A stretch of 64,000 nucleotides of DNA from an uncultured Alphaproteobacteria bacterium (GCA_963740445.1 CAVUED010000026.1:6297-70296); one strand, 5' to 3'. Positions 1 through 10,469 are shown, counted from the stretch's first letter. Translations and numbers: made by a program. Notes: generated by a model not told the origin, from the sequence alone.

Positions 1-719
1 GGCCCATGATCTCCATCATCATCTGGTTGGTGTTGGCGGTGCCGTAAAACGTGCAGGTGCCGGGGCCGTGATAGGATTTTGACTCCGCGCTCCAGGAGTT
101 CGTCCCGGCTTGCCTTGCCCTCCGCGTAGAGCTGGCGGATGCGGGATTTTTCATCGTTGGGCAGGCCGGTGGTCATGGGCCCGGCTGGGATGAAAACGGC
201 GGGGAGATGGCCGAAGGAGAGCGCGCCGATGACAAGGCCGGGTACGATTTTGTCGCAGACGCCCAGGAACACGGCGGCATCGAACGTCTGGTGCGAGAGG
301 GCCACGGCGGTGGAGAGCGCGATGACATCGCGGGAAAACAGCGAGAGTTCCATGCCGGCCTCGCCCTGGGTGATGCCGTCGCACATCGCCGGCACGCCGC
401 CCGCGACCAGCGCGACACCGCCGGCCGCGCGCGCGGCTTCACGGATGACCTGGGGGAAGTGCTCGTAAGGCTGGTGGGCGGAAAGCATGTCGTTATAGGC
501 GGTGACAATGCCAAGGCTGGGGCCGTCGCCGGTGCGCAGCACGGCTTTGTCGCCGGGCGCGCAGGCGGCAAAACCATGCGCCTGGTTGGCGCAACCCAGC
601 GCGCGCCGTTGCGGACCCTTGGCGGCACAAGCGGCGATGCGCTTGAGATATTCGCCACGCGTTGCGGCGCTGCGGGCGATGATGCGGTCCGTGACGGCTT
701 GGATGTGCTTGTTCAACAT
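1..719 (-). CDS. edd: Phosphogluconate dehydratase (Entner-Doudoroff), runs off the left edge
   Basis: Manual translation: [17 protein letters not shown]...[10 protein letters not shown]...[13 protein letters not shown]...[13 protein letters not shown]...GVCDKIVPG...[15 protein letters not shown]; apparent frameshift near position 90. Confidence 0.92.
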   Translation of the reverse strand, partial: MLNKHIQAVTDRIIARSAATRGEYLKRIAACAAKGPQRRALGCANQAHGFAACAPGDKAVLRTGDGPSLGIVTAYNDMLSAHQPYEHFPQVIREAARAAGGVALVAGGVPAMCDGITQGEAGMELSLFSRDVIALSTAVALSHQTFDAAVFLGVCDKIVPGLVIGALSFGHLPAVFIPAGPMTTGLPNDEKSRIRQLYAEGKASRDELLERGVKILSRPRHLHVLRHRQHQPDDDGDHG

Positions 720-1162
720 GGGCAAGTCCTTATCCGCGGGATGTCCTGCAGGCTCATGCCGCCAGGGCCGTGGTCATGAGCCAGAGCTTTACCCTTTCAT
801 CAGGTTGCAAGCGAGTCATCAGCCGGTTTGCCGCGATGCGCCCGGCCGGGGCATCGAGGGCGGCGGGTGAGGGCTCTGCGCAAGAATCAAATGTTCTGAA
901 AGCCGTGCGAGAGGTTATCGATAGTGTAACAGTTTTGTGGAAACTGCATGGTTTTTGAGATAAATCCGAGCGTTTTCGTGTCGTTTCGAGAGGTCTGATC
1001 ATAATTACGCTAATTAATGAGTAAAATTTAATGAAACACTTCCTTTGGGTAGCCGTAGCTGCTATTGCGCGCTTAAGCGGAATAATTTTGCTGTTTTATT
1101 GTCGAAATGTCTTAATATCTAAACATTTTGATCAATATTTCTTTTTTGGAGCGTCTTAAGTC

Positions 1163-2678
1163 ATGTCTCGTCCGCCGTACGGTTTGTCTTTCAACGCGGG
1201 GACCGGAACCTGGGACACAACGGCGAACTGGACCGCAGAGGGTTACTACAATAGCAATAATGGAGAGATTCCGACCTCTGGTTCTCCCGTATACCTCCTC
1301 TCAACCGTCACGGATCTGATCGCCGGAGGGGCGAACGATCAGGCGGATCATATTACGGCCACCGGCTCGCTCTCCGGCGGCGGCGGCAATACGCTCGACG
1401 TCACGGGTTCACTCACCGCGACCGGCGGAACCGTTAACTATTTCGACGATTTTTCGTTGATCGTCGCCAAAGGCGGATACCTTTCATTGCCGGAGCTCAG
1501 TCTGTCCAACTCGGTGATGGACGTCTACGGCACCGCGTTGCTGACAAACGGCGGTGGTAGCACGCTCGCGAATTCGACGATTGTCATCGAAGCCGGCGGT
1601 ACGATGACCACGCCGGAGCTGAATGGCGCCAGCACGGATCACATTATCGTCGATGGCGTCCTGAATCTGACGGGGGGTGACCCTGGCTCTGGCGGTAACA
1701 ACACGATCAATGCCGGCGGCACGGTTAATGTTTCCGGTTATGAGCCACCGAACACCGTCTGGGATATCAATGGCGGCACTTTTGTTTCGACCGTGGCTTC
1801 CGAGGGCGGCGTCTTCAATTTTACCGGAACTGGCGGTGTGCTCGATCTACCGGCCGATGCACTTTGGAACTCGAATTTCACCGTCACCGGTTTCAACAAT
1901 ACCGACGCCATCATTCTTGGCCCGATTTCGGGCAGCGCCCCCATTACGACGACGCTGGTCAATGGCAACCAGTTGGAGCTCATCCAGAACGGCACGGTTG
2001 TTTCTGAAATCTATAATTTCACGCTGGCGCCGGGGACGACCCTTTCCAGCACGGCCGGCACGATCGTGAATGGCGACATCTAATGGCGATTCCGTTAACT
2101 ATTGTTTCTATGCCGGCACAGGCCTTGCCACGGCTGATGGCGAGATCGCGGTTGAGGACGTAGCGCCGGGCACGATGCTGAAAACCGTTTCGGGCGACGT
2201 TAAACCGGTGCGCTGGGTGGGCCGTTCTGAAGTTTCGATGCGCTTTGCGGACCCGTTGCGGGCTTTGCCGATCCGGATCAAGGCCGGTGCCTTGGACGAA
2301 AACGTGCCGGTTCGTGACCTGCTGGTGTCGCCGGATCATGCCCTGTTCATCGGCGGTGTGCTCATCCAGGCCGGTGCGCTGGTGAATGGCTCAAGCATCG
2401 TGCGTGAAGCGAATGTGCCGGAAACCTTCACCTATTATCATGTGGAGCTGGCAACGCATGAGCTGCTGCTGGCGGAAGGTGCGGCGGCGGAAAGCTTTGT
2501 CGACAATGTGGACCGCATGAATTTCACCAACTGGGCGGAGCACGAGGCGATGGGCGATGTCGCGCCGATCGAGGAGATGCCTTACCCGCGGGCCAAAGCG
2601 CACCGCCAGGTGCCGATGGCTGTGCGCCAGATGTTGAGCAATCGTGCCGCGCGGTTCGCAGGTTCGATAGCTGCCTGA
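1163..2678 (+). CDS. Hint-domain protein: Gly/Thr/Asn-rich repeat region plus C-terminal Hint domain, split into two overlapping ORFs (1163-2083, 2070-2678)
   Basis: Hint motifs CFYAGT, LLVSPDHAL and YYHVELATHELLLAEGAAAESF; the N-terminal ORF has adhesin-like composition. Confidence 0.8.
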
Positions 2679-2768
2679 TGCCGCGGCGAACCTGCCGAAT
2701 ATTTACCTTGATTTCATGTGCCTTGTATTGACTTATGGTGCTCAAAATCATGAGGGACGGCGCGGCAG

Positions 2769-4073
2769 ATGCCACAAAGCGAACTTGAGAAGCCCGCGCT
2801 TGAGGAGATAAAGCAGCCGCCACGGCCGAAACTCCTGGAAATCATGGGGCCGGGTCTGATTACCGGCGCGTCCGACGATGACCCCAGTGGCATCGCGACC
2901 TACTCCCAGGCCGGCGCGCAGTTCGGTTACGGGATCGGCTGGACATTGCTGTTCACCTATCCGTTGATGTGTGCGATTCAGCAGATCAGCGCGGAAATTG
3001 GCCGCGTCACGGGCAAAGGCCTGGCCGGCAATTTGCGCCTGTTCATGCCGCGCTGGATTTTGTTCAGCATCGTGGTCCTGCTGCTGGTGGCCAACACGAT
3101 CAATATCGGCGCCGATATTGGCGCGATGGCCGCAGCACTTAAACTCTTGATCCCGATCCCCATGCCGCTTGGCATTGCCGGCTTTGCGGTGCTGTCGATT
3201 TTACTTGAAACCTTTGTGCGCTATTCACGCTATGTATCGGTATTAAAATGGCTGACCATCTCGCTGTTCGCCTATGTTGCGGCGGTATTTGTCGTGGGTG
3301 TGCCCTGGTCCAAGGCGATACCGCAAATCCTCTTGCCGCATATTCAATTCTCCGGCGATTACTTCACCGTCATCGTCGCGGTTTTTGGTACGACAATAAG
3401 CCCGTATCTGTTCTTCTGGCAGGCGGAGGAGGAGGTCGAACTTGAAGAGGAGGATCCCGCCGCGCATCCGCTGACACAGGCGCCCGAGCAAGCACCGGCC
3501 GCGCTGTGGCGCATCCGAATGGACACTTATGTCGGCATGGCGTTTTCCAACCTCGTCGCTTTGGCGATTGTTATTACGACGGCGGCAACGCTGCATCAGC
3601 ACGGCATCACGAACATTCAGACATCCTCGCAGGCGGCGCTGGCGCTCAAGCCGATCGCCGGCCGTTTCGCCTTCAGCGTCTTTGCCCTGGGCATCATCGG
3701 GACCGGGCTGCTCGCCCTCCCGGTGCTGGCCGGCTCGGCCGCTTATGCCGTGGGCGAGGCCTTTAAATGGCCGGTCGGGCTTGGGTACAAGGCCAATCGC
3801 GCCAAGGCTTTTTACGGCACGATCGCGGCGGCAATGGTGATCGGCTCATTGCTCAATTTTTCGCCCCTTAACCCGATCAAGGCCTTGTTCTGGAGTGCGG
3901 TCATCAACGGCCTGGTCGCCGCGCCGGTGATGGTCATGATGATGATCCTCGCCTCCCGGAAAACTGTGATGGGCCAATTTTCACTTCATCCCGGGCTCAA
4001 AGCGATGGGGTGGATCGGGACCGTGGTGATGATGATGGCGGCGGCGGGGATGTTCGCGACGATCTCCTGGTAA
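2769..4073 (+). CDS. NRAMP-family divalent metal transporter
   Basis: GPGLITGASDDDPSGIATYSQAGA motif, GTTISPYLFFWQ, many transmembrane segments. Confidence 0.88.
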   Translation: MPQSELEKPALEEIKQPPRPKLLEIMGPGLITGASDDDPSGIATYSQAGAQFGYGIGWTLLFTYPLMCAIQQISAEIGRVTGKGLAGNLRLFMPRWILFSIVVLLLVANTINIGADIGAMAAALKLLIPIPMPLGIAGFAVLSILLETFVRYSRYVSVLKWLTISLFAYVAAVFVVGVPWSKAIPQILLPHIQFSGDYFTVIVAVFGTTISPYLFFWQAEEEVELEEEDPAAHPLTQAPEQAPAALWRIRMDTYVGMAFSNLVALAIVITTAATLHQHGITNIQTSSQAALALKPIAGRFAFSVFALGIIGTGLLALPVLAGSAAYAVGEAFKWPVGLGYKANRAKAFYGTIAAAMVIGSLLNFSPLNPIKALFWSAVINGLVAAPVMVMMMILASRKTVMGQFSLHPGLKAMGWIGTVVMMMAAAGMFATISW

Positions 4074-4150
4074 CGGGTACGGCCTTGCGCTCCCTGTAAA
4101 ACGAGTCATGTTGCGCCCGAATCGGCCGGATTTTTCAAGGGAGACCATAC

Positions 4151-5065
4151 ATGAAAGCCAGTAGCGTACTCGAGACCATCGGCCAGACGCCGCATATCCG
4201 TGTCAGCCGGCTGTTTCCCGATGCCGAGGTTTGGATCAAGTCGGAACGCGGCAACCCCGGCGGCTCGATCAAGGATCGCATCGCGCTCGCCATGGTGGAG
4301 GCGGCCGAGGCCAGCGGGCAGCTCAAGCCGGGCGGGCTGATTATCGAGCCGACCTCGGGCAATACCGGTGTCGGCCTGGCGCTGGTGGCGGCGGTGAAGG
4401 GCTATAAGCTTATTTTGGTGATGCCGGAATCGATGTCCGTCGAGCGCCGCAGGTTGATGCAGGCCTATGGCGCCAGTTTTGACCTGACGCCCAAGGAGCG
4501 CGGCATGAAGGGCGCGATCGAGCGCGCGGCGGAACTCGCGGCGCAGAATCCCGGCGCCTGGGTCCCGCAGCAATTTGAAAATCCGGCCAATATCGACATT
4601 CATGTCCGCACCACGGCGCAGGAGATTCTGGCCGATTTCCCCGAGGGGCTTGATGTGCTCATCACCGGCGTGGGGACGGGCGGGCATCTCACCGGCTGCG
4701 CCGAAACGCTGAAGAAGGTTTGGCCGGGTTTAAAAGTTTTTGCCGTTGAACCGGCGGCATCGCCGGTGATCTCCGGCGGCGCGCCGGGGCCGCACGCTAT
4801 CCAGGGCATCGGCGCGGGGTTCATCCCCGCCAATCTGCATACCGCCGTATTGGATGGCGTGATTCAGGTGGAGGCCGAAGAGGCGCGGGAGTTCGCCCGC
4901 CGTTCCGCGCGCGAGGAGGGGCTGCTGGTTGGCATTTCCTCCGGCGCGACCCTGGCGGCGATCGCGAAAAAGCTGCCCGAGTTGGGCAAGGCGGCGCGTG
5001 TGCTGGGATTCAACTACGACACCGGTGAGCGTTATTTCTCGGTGCCGGATTTCTTGCCGGGGTAA
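4151..5065 (+). CDS. cysK: Cysteine synthase A
   Basis: [11 protein letters not shown] (PLP lysine), [21 protein letters not shown]. Confidence 0.95.
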   Translation: MKASSVLETIGQTPHIRVSRLFPDAEVWIKSERGNPGGSIKDRIALAMVEAAEASGQLKPGGLIIEPTSGNTGVGLALVAAVKGYKLILVMPESMSVERRRLMQAYGASFDLTPKERGMKGAIERAAELAAQNPGAWVPQQFENPANIDIHVRTTAQEILADFPEGLDVLITGVGTGGHLTGCAETLKKVWPGLKVFAVEPAASPVISGGAPGPHAIQGIGAGFIPANLHTAVLDGVIQVEAEEAREFARRSAREEGLLVGISSGATLAAIAKKLPELGKAARVLGFNYDTGERYFSVPDFLPG

Positions 5066-5076
5066 TTCGGGCATCT

Positions 5077-5090
5077 TTGACCTGTATCAA
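5077..5090 (+). promoter_or_regulatory. FNR/FixK-type box upstream of hemN
   Basis: TTGAC-CTGT-ATCAA versus consensus TTGAT-N4-ATCAA; hemN is a typical FNR-family target. Confidence 0.8.
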
Positions 5091-5126
5091 TGAGGGGCGT
5101 GCCGTATGTCGGCGAATGATGCGCTC

Positions 5127-6459
5127 ATGACCGATGCAGATCTGATTGCCCGCTATGACGGCCGCGTGCCGCGCTATACCAGTTACCCGACCGCGCCGCA
5201 TTTCCACGCCGGGAATCGGCGCGGAAACCTATGCGGGCTGGCTCGCCAGCCTGCCGGCTGATGCGCCGGTCTCGCTTTATCTGCATGTGCCGTTCTGTGA
5301 CCGGCTGTGCCTGTATTGCGGTTGCACCACCAGTGTGGTGCGCCATGAGCGGCCCCGGCGCGCCTATGCCGAGGCCTTGATGCGGGAGATTGGCCTGGTG
5401 GCGGATGCCATTGGCCGCAAGGCCGAGGTCTCGCATATCCATTGGGGCGGCGGAACGCCAACCACGCTACCCGGCGACTGCCTTTCCGGGATTATGGACC
5501 TGATCCGTAGCCGCTTTGCCGTGCGTGCCGATGCGGAGGTGGCCATCGAGATCGACCCGACCGCGCTCCCCACCGACCGGCTGGAGGCGCTGGCACGCAT
5601 GGGGGTGACGCGCGCCAGCCTGGGCGTGCAGGATTTTGATCCCGCGGTGCAGGAGGCCATCGGCCGGCGGCAGAGTTTTGAGGAGACGCAAACCTGCGCG
5701 CAGGCGCTGCGCGCCATGGGCATTACCTCGCTCAATTTGGACCTGATCTATGGCCTGCCGCATCAGACGGTCGACTCGTTGCGGCAAACCACACGGCGCG
5801 CGCTTGAGCTGGAAGCGGACCGCGTGGCGGTGTTCGGCTACGCCCATGTGCCGTGGATGAAGCGGCACCAGTCGCTGATTCCGGAAGCCTCGCTGCCGGG
5901 CCCGGCGGAGCGTTTTGCCCAGGCCGCCGTGGTGCGGGACGTTCTGGAGGGTGAGGGTGGTTTTGTTCCGGTCGGGCTGGACCATTTTGCCCGGCCGAAC
6001 GACGCGCTGGCGCAGGCCGCGGCGGAGAAAAAACTGCATCGAAGTTTCCAGGGTTACACGACGGATGGCGCGCCGGTGCTGATCGGCCTTGGCGCGAGCG
6101 CCATCGGTTGCCTGCCGCAGGGCTATGTCCAGAACGATGCGCACACACCCGTTTATATCGCGGCCATAATGCAGAACGGGCTGGCGACGGTCCGTGGCGT
6201 GGCTCTAACGCCAGATGACCGGCTGCGGCGCGCGGTGATCGAGAGCATTATGTGCGATCTTGCGGTGGATCTTCCAGCGCCTTTGCTTGACGTGGCGGCG
6301 GGGTTTGAGCGTTTTGTGGCTGATGGGCTGGTCTTTTGGGATGGTGAGCGGCTTGAAGTGACACAGGCGGGCCGGCCGTTTGTGCGCAATGTGGCGGCGC
6401 TGTTCGATCGCTATTTAACGCCCGAGAGCACCGTTAAGCGCCACGCCCATGCGATATGA
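5127..6459 (+). CDS. hemN: Oxygen-independent coproporphyrinogen III oxidase (apparent frameshift near 5213)
   Basis: MTDADLIARYDGRVPRYTSYPTAPHF in one frame, then YLHVPFCDRLCLYC (radical SAM) and HWGGGTPT in another. Confidence 0.93.
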
Positions 6460-6520
6460 AACGCCGCTTGCCGCGGCTTGGTTTGATGGACGTTAACTGA
6501 ACTTACGGGAGGAAGGCTCT

Positions 6521-7063
6521 GTGATGGAGCATTATTTTCTGCGTGATATCCGCGCTTTGCGGGCTATGGCGAAACCTGCCGCCAAGCTAAAGCAGGGAGA
6601 TACGGAAACGGCGATTGAACTTCTGCAAACCCTGCTTGCCGCCGAGATTGTCTGTGTCCTGCGATACACCAGCCTCTCGGTCGTACCCATCAGCCTGAAA
6701 TATGCCAGTATTGGCAATGAGTTTCAGGAACAGGCGAATGACGAGCGCCGGCATATGGCGCTGCTGGCGGAGCGGATTATCGAGCTTGGCGGCGCACCGA
6801 ATTTCGATCCCGCCGGGCTTAAGTCAAAGGCCGGCGCCGCCTATGCGCCCGAGCCTGATGTGGCCGAGATTGTTTCTAACAATCTCATTGCGGAACGCGC
6901 CGTTATTAAACTTTACCGGCATCTCATCCGATACTTCTCAACGTATGATCATAAAACAAGCAGAATATTGAAATATATTTTGCAGGATGAGGAGAATCAT
7001 ATCGTGGACATGCACGATCTTGTCGTGATGAATGTGAGTGCCAGCACAACATCGCTGCATTAG
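6521..7063 (+). CDS. Ferritin-like / bacterioferritin-like protein
   Basis: EIVCVLRY, EQANDERRH, ERIIELGG and DEENH diiron-type ExxH motifs. Confidence 0.8.
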   Translation: MMEHYFLRDIRALRAMAKPAAKLKQGDTETAIELLQTLLAAEIVCVLRYTSLSVVPISLKYASIGNEFQEQANDERRHMALLAERIIELGGAPNFDPAGLKSKAGAAYAPEPDVAEIVSNNLIAERAVIKLYRHLIRYFSTYDHKTSRILKYILQDEENHIVDMHDLVVMNVSASTTSLH

Positions 7064-7288
7064 CGTCAGACAATTTTTTGTTAAATCGCTTTGTGGTGCA
7101 ATAACAATAAAAATCTGCCTTTACGGTGTATTTTGGAGTGCGTTTTCTGGTTATACGGAAACGCTAAAATCTTTCGCGTTGAAATAGACGAGCAGGATGC
7201 GTTGATGCGCCGGCCCATGCCGGCTTGTCATGACGGCGTGCATGGAGTTTTAATAAATATTAGGAATATCCATAAGTTTTCATGAAGT

Positions 7289-7354
7289 GAAAGAAAACCT
7301 GCCATGAATAATCATGGCAGGTTCAAGTTGGGGAATTTGCCCTTGTTGAGGGTG
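7289..7354 (-). ncRNA. Candidate small RNA of about 65 nt downstream of an FNR box
   Basis: Minus strand: short hairpin CCCU-CAACA-AGGG, single-stranded CAAAUUCCCCAACUUG, 12-bp stem AACCUGCCAUGA/UCAUGGCAGGUU with a U-rich tail. Confidence 0.5.
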
Positions 7355-7387
7355 AATGATGTATGAGGGGCGTTAGTGCTTGTGTCG

Positions 7388-7401
7388 TTGACATAGATCA
7401 A
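7388..7401 (-). promoter_or_regulatory. FNR/FixK-type box
   Basis: TTGAC-ATAG-ATCAA; reads TTGAT-CTAT-GTCAA on the minus strand. Confidence 0.75.
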
Positions 7402-7957
7402 AACGTCCATCCGGCTGATTAATCGGCCGGAGCTTGCTGGCTAATATCTGGGATCAATGAGATCAACGCGCCGGACCGCTTCCTTTGCGCTTGCGGTGTT
7501 TTCGGCAAGGAGTTTTACGAAGGCATTCTTCATCAATAACAAACCATACTTACGGATTACGACTATATGTTCGTTGTCACGCCAAGGACCAGGCCGAACG
7601 ATAAAAGTATGGTGGCCCGGTTCCGTCTCAGAGGCGCGCCGGTCTCCGGTTTCGAACGCATGGCCTCTGCGTGGATAAAGCGGGGCAGGATATTGATAAT
7701 GGCAAGGTGAAAACGGCTTAATCTGGCAATTATATTTTAACCGAAAATTGGCGTTTGATCCCCTGATACTGCCCGTCGCGGCTTTGTTTATGTCACGCGG
7801 GCCATGGGACATTATTGCGCTGCATGTGTAGCTGGGGCAGAATGAAATCGCGGTACGTGGGTTCAACGATGGCGTCGCAGCGTTCGCTGACGAGGACGGG
7901 TTGGGCTATATCGTGCGGCCTATGATATTCTGGATATAACTCAGTGAAAGTGAACCA

Positions 7958-8371
7958 ATGAAGACACTCAGAATGACGGGTTTGGCGGCAGCTGGGCTGC
8001 TGCTGGCCGCCGTCGGGGCAGGCGCTCAGACGCCGCCGGCTTTGTACTCAGCTACGCAGGCAACCGCCGGTGACGCCGTGTACGCGCAGAATTGCGCAAT
8101 GTGCCATGGCGCCAATCTGGAAGGCCAGGCTGGCCCGGCGCTGGTCGGAGCGAGCTTTGCTTCGACGTCCAGCGGCAAGACGATCGGCACGGTTTTTACG
8201 GGAATTACCCAAACGATGCCTGCCAGCAACCCGGGCGGCCTGACGCACGAACAGTACACCGATGTGATGGCGTATATTCTGAGCAAGAATGGTTACCCGG
8301 CCGGTACCACGGCGCTGGACTATACGGCGAGCCTGGCCTCAACCGTGCCGCTGGTGTCACAGGCCAAATAA
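7958..8371 (+). CDS. Periplasmic class I cytochrome c
   Basis: Signal peptide, CAMCH heme motif, distal Met in TMP. Confidence 0.9.
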   Translation: MKTLRMTGLAAAGLLLAAVGAGAQTPPALYSATQATAGDAVYAQNCAMCHGANLEGQAGPALVGASFASTSSGKTIGTVFTGITQTMPASNPGGLTHEQYTDVMAYILSKNGYPAGTTALDYTASLASTVPLVSQAK

Positions 8372-8395
8372 GAAAATTGTAAAATTTTATTACAA

Positions 8396-8482
8396 ACAGA
8401 CTGAGGTAAACCCGCAGTCTGTCTTGGCTTGAAGGGTAAAACGGCCGTTTGTTTTAGAGTTGAAATAAACAGCCGTGTTTAC
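8396..8482. terminator. Two hairpins between convergent genes
   Basis: ACAGACTG/CAGTCTGT (8396-8422) and an imperfect long stem (8436-8482). Confidence 0.5.
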
Positions 8483-8674
8483 GCGCGCAAAAAGTAAGTT
8501 CGTGAGTCGCGACCAAGTGCCTTTATAGGCTCGATCATGCCGGTAAGGGGGCTTGGCGCGGCGGCGGTTCTCCAGAAGGACGCGATCATAGGCCAGTCCT
8601 GGGGCGAACCTGGCGCTGCTATCATCCGCGCCCGCGCCTTTGTTGTAATCCGTTGGTCGCCCGATAGCAGTGCT

Positions 8675-8788
8675 TCAGGGAAAGAGTTTGAGGGTGTTGA
8701 TAATGGTGTGACTGACGCCCCAGGCGAGCGGCACCACGACGATGGCCCAGTACAGGACGAGTTTCAGGGTTGAGGATTCGTTTTGCAT
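8675..8788 (-). CDS. 37-aa single-pass membrane protein downstream of the OFA transporter (absent from the ORF track)
   Basis: MQNESSTLKLVLYWAIVVVPLAWGVSHTIINTLKLFP; AAGGA RBS overlapping the MFS stop codon. Confidence 0.75.
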   Translation of the reverse strand: MQNESSTLKLVLYWAIVVVPLAWGVSHTIINTLKLFP

Positions 8789-8796
8789 GATGATCC

Positions 8797-10161
8797 TTAT
8801 TCCGCTGGAGCGGCGTCTGGCTGGTGGAAGTGTTTGGAAACCGGGCCGACCGCGAAGTTACAGAGTGCGCCGATCAGAAGCAGGCCGGCCATGATGTACA
8901 TGGTGACAGAGTAGGCGTCGGCTTTCGCGACGCCGTGTTGGATCTGGTACTGACGGATATAGTCCACCAGCACCGGCCCCAGCACACCGGCGGCCGACCA
9001 TGCGGTGAGCAGCCGGCCGTGGATGGCGCCGACATGGCGCGTACCGAACAGGTCTTTGAGGTAGGCGGGAATGGTGGCGAAGCCGCCGCCATACATGCTG
9101 AGGATGATGCCGTAGCAGAGCACAAAACCACCAATACTACCCAGCCGCGCGATGGATGGCACCGCCGCGTAGAGTACGAGACCCAGGAGGAAAAACACGA
9201 AATACGTGTTCTTCCGGCCGATATAATCCGAGGTGGATGCCCAGACGAAGCGGCCGCTCATGTTGAAAAGGCTGAGCAAACCGACAAAGCCAGCGGCGGC
9301 AACTGGGGTGACCGTGCCGTGGAACATTTCCTGGATCATTGGCGAGGCCTGGCTCAGCACCCCAATGCCGGCGGTGACGTTGAGGAACAGCACCGCCCAG
9401 AGCAGGTAGAATTGCGGTGTGCGTATGGCGGTCGAAACATCGACATTCTTATCGGTGATCATGCGCTCGGTAGCGGCAGCCGGCACGTAACCTTCCGGGC
9501 GCCAGTTTGCTTCCGGCACCCGCACGATGGCGGCGCCGATGAGCATGAACGCCGCATAAACAATCCCAAGGGTGACGAAAGCCGGCGCGACGCCAAGATC
9601 GGTTGGTGTCTCGAAATGACGCATCAGCAGCACGGAGAGCGGCGAGGCGATCATCGCGCCGCCGCCGAAGCCCATGATAGCCATGCCCGTCGCCATGCCG
9701 GGACGGTCCGGAAACCAGGTCATCAGCGTGCGCACCGGCGAAATATAGCCGATGCCAAGGCCGCAACCGCCGAGTACGCCATAGCCCAAAAAGAGCAGCG
9801 GCAGGTTATGCAGCGAGATGCCAAGCGCGCCGACCAGAAACCCGCCGCCGAAGCACAAAGCCGCGACGGTCATGGCCTTGCGTGGCCCGGCCCGGTCCAG
9901 CCATGCGCCCGTGAAAGCGGAGGCCAATCCCAGAAAGAGGATTGCGACGGAAAAAATCCAGCCGACATCGGCCAGCGACCAGTCCCCCGGCGCGGATTTG
10001 GTGATGCCGATGAGTCTGGTCAGCGGCAGGTTGAACACGCTGAAAGCGTAGACCTCGCCGATACAGAGATGGATACACAAAGCCGCTGGTGGAACCAGCC
10101 ACCGGTTGAAATTTTTGTCGGCGACCGTGTGCTCACGGTCCAGAACAGATAACATGCTCAT
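8797..10161 (-). CDS. OFA-family (oxalate/formate antiporter-like) MFS transporter
   Basis: NRWLVPPAALCIHLCIG, WFPDRPGMATG, MYGGGFATIPAYL, HGRLLTAW. Confidence 0.9.
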   Translation of the reverse strand: MSMLSVLDREHTVADKNFNRWLVPPAALCIHLCIGEVYAFSVFNLPLTRLIGITKSAPGDWSLADVGWIFSVAILFLGLASAFTGAWLDRAGPRKAMTVAALCFGGGFLVGALGISLHNLPLLFLGYGVLGGCGLGIGYISPVRTLMTWFPDRPGMATGMAIMGFGGGAMIASPLSVLLMRHFETPTDLGVAPAFVTLGIVYAAFMLIGAAIVRVPEANWRPEGYVPAAATERMITDKNVDVSTAIRTPQFYLLWAVLFLNVTAGIGVLSQASPMIQEMFHGTVTPVAAAGFVGLLSLFNMSGRFVWASTSDYIGRKNTYFVFFLLGLVLYAAVPSIARLGSIGGFVLCYGIILSMYGGGFATIPAYLKDLFGTRHVGAIHGRLLTAWSAAGVLGPVLVDYIRQYQIQHGVAKADAYSVTMYIMAGLLLIGALCNFAVGPVSKHFHQPDAAPAE

Positions 10162-10244
10162 GCGGCATCTTCCCTTCTGATTTGGCGAACAAATCTCCGG
10201 TCTGATGCCGGAGTTTAGACACGGCTTGGTTAGGCTTGGTTTTG

Positions 10245-10469
10245 TTAATGCGCGGTTTTACGAAGTTCCTCAAGGCTTTGTTTTGGCAGGTCGTCGAGTC
10301 CTTTGGCGCCTGCGTCGATATGCGCGTAGATTTGCGCGAGCATACGTTTCTCCCAGTAGCGTTTTATATGTTCGGCGGTCTGCTGCACGGCTTCCTGCCG
10401 TGGGAGATGTTCAAAGACCTTGCCTATCTGGTTGGCCATATAAACCAGCCTGTCGATCGTGTGGCTCAT
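10245..10469 (-). CDS. fdsD: NAD-dependent formate dehydrogenase delta subunit
   Basis: LVYMANQIGKVF...HIKRYWEKRM signature. Confidence 0.88.
   Translation of the reverse strand: MSHTIDRLVYMANQIGKVFEHLPRQEAVQQTAEHIKRYWEKRMLAQIYAHIDAGAKGLDDLPKQSLEELRKTAH

Noticed and set aside
2100-2520. Hint domains as mobile inteins
   Set aside because: No homing endonuclease, no terminal His-Asn followed by Cys/Ser/Thr, and not inserted in a conserved host protein
8436-8482. GTTTTAGAG resembling the start of a type II CRISPR repeat
   Set aside because: Single occurrence inside a hairpin, with no repeat-spacer array and no cas genes
8824-10152. Long antisense ORFs (e.g. 8824-10152, 39544-41250, 48021-49526)
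   Set aside because: Shadow frames of real genes, expected in high-GC DNA; no recognisable motifs
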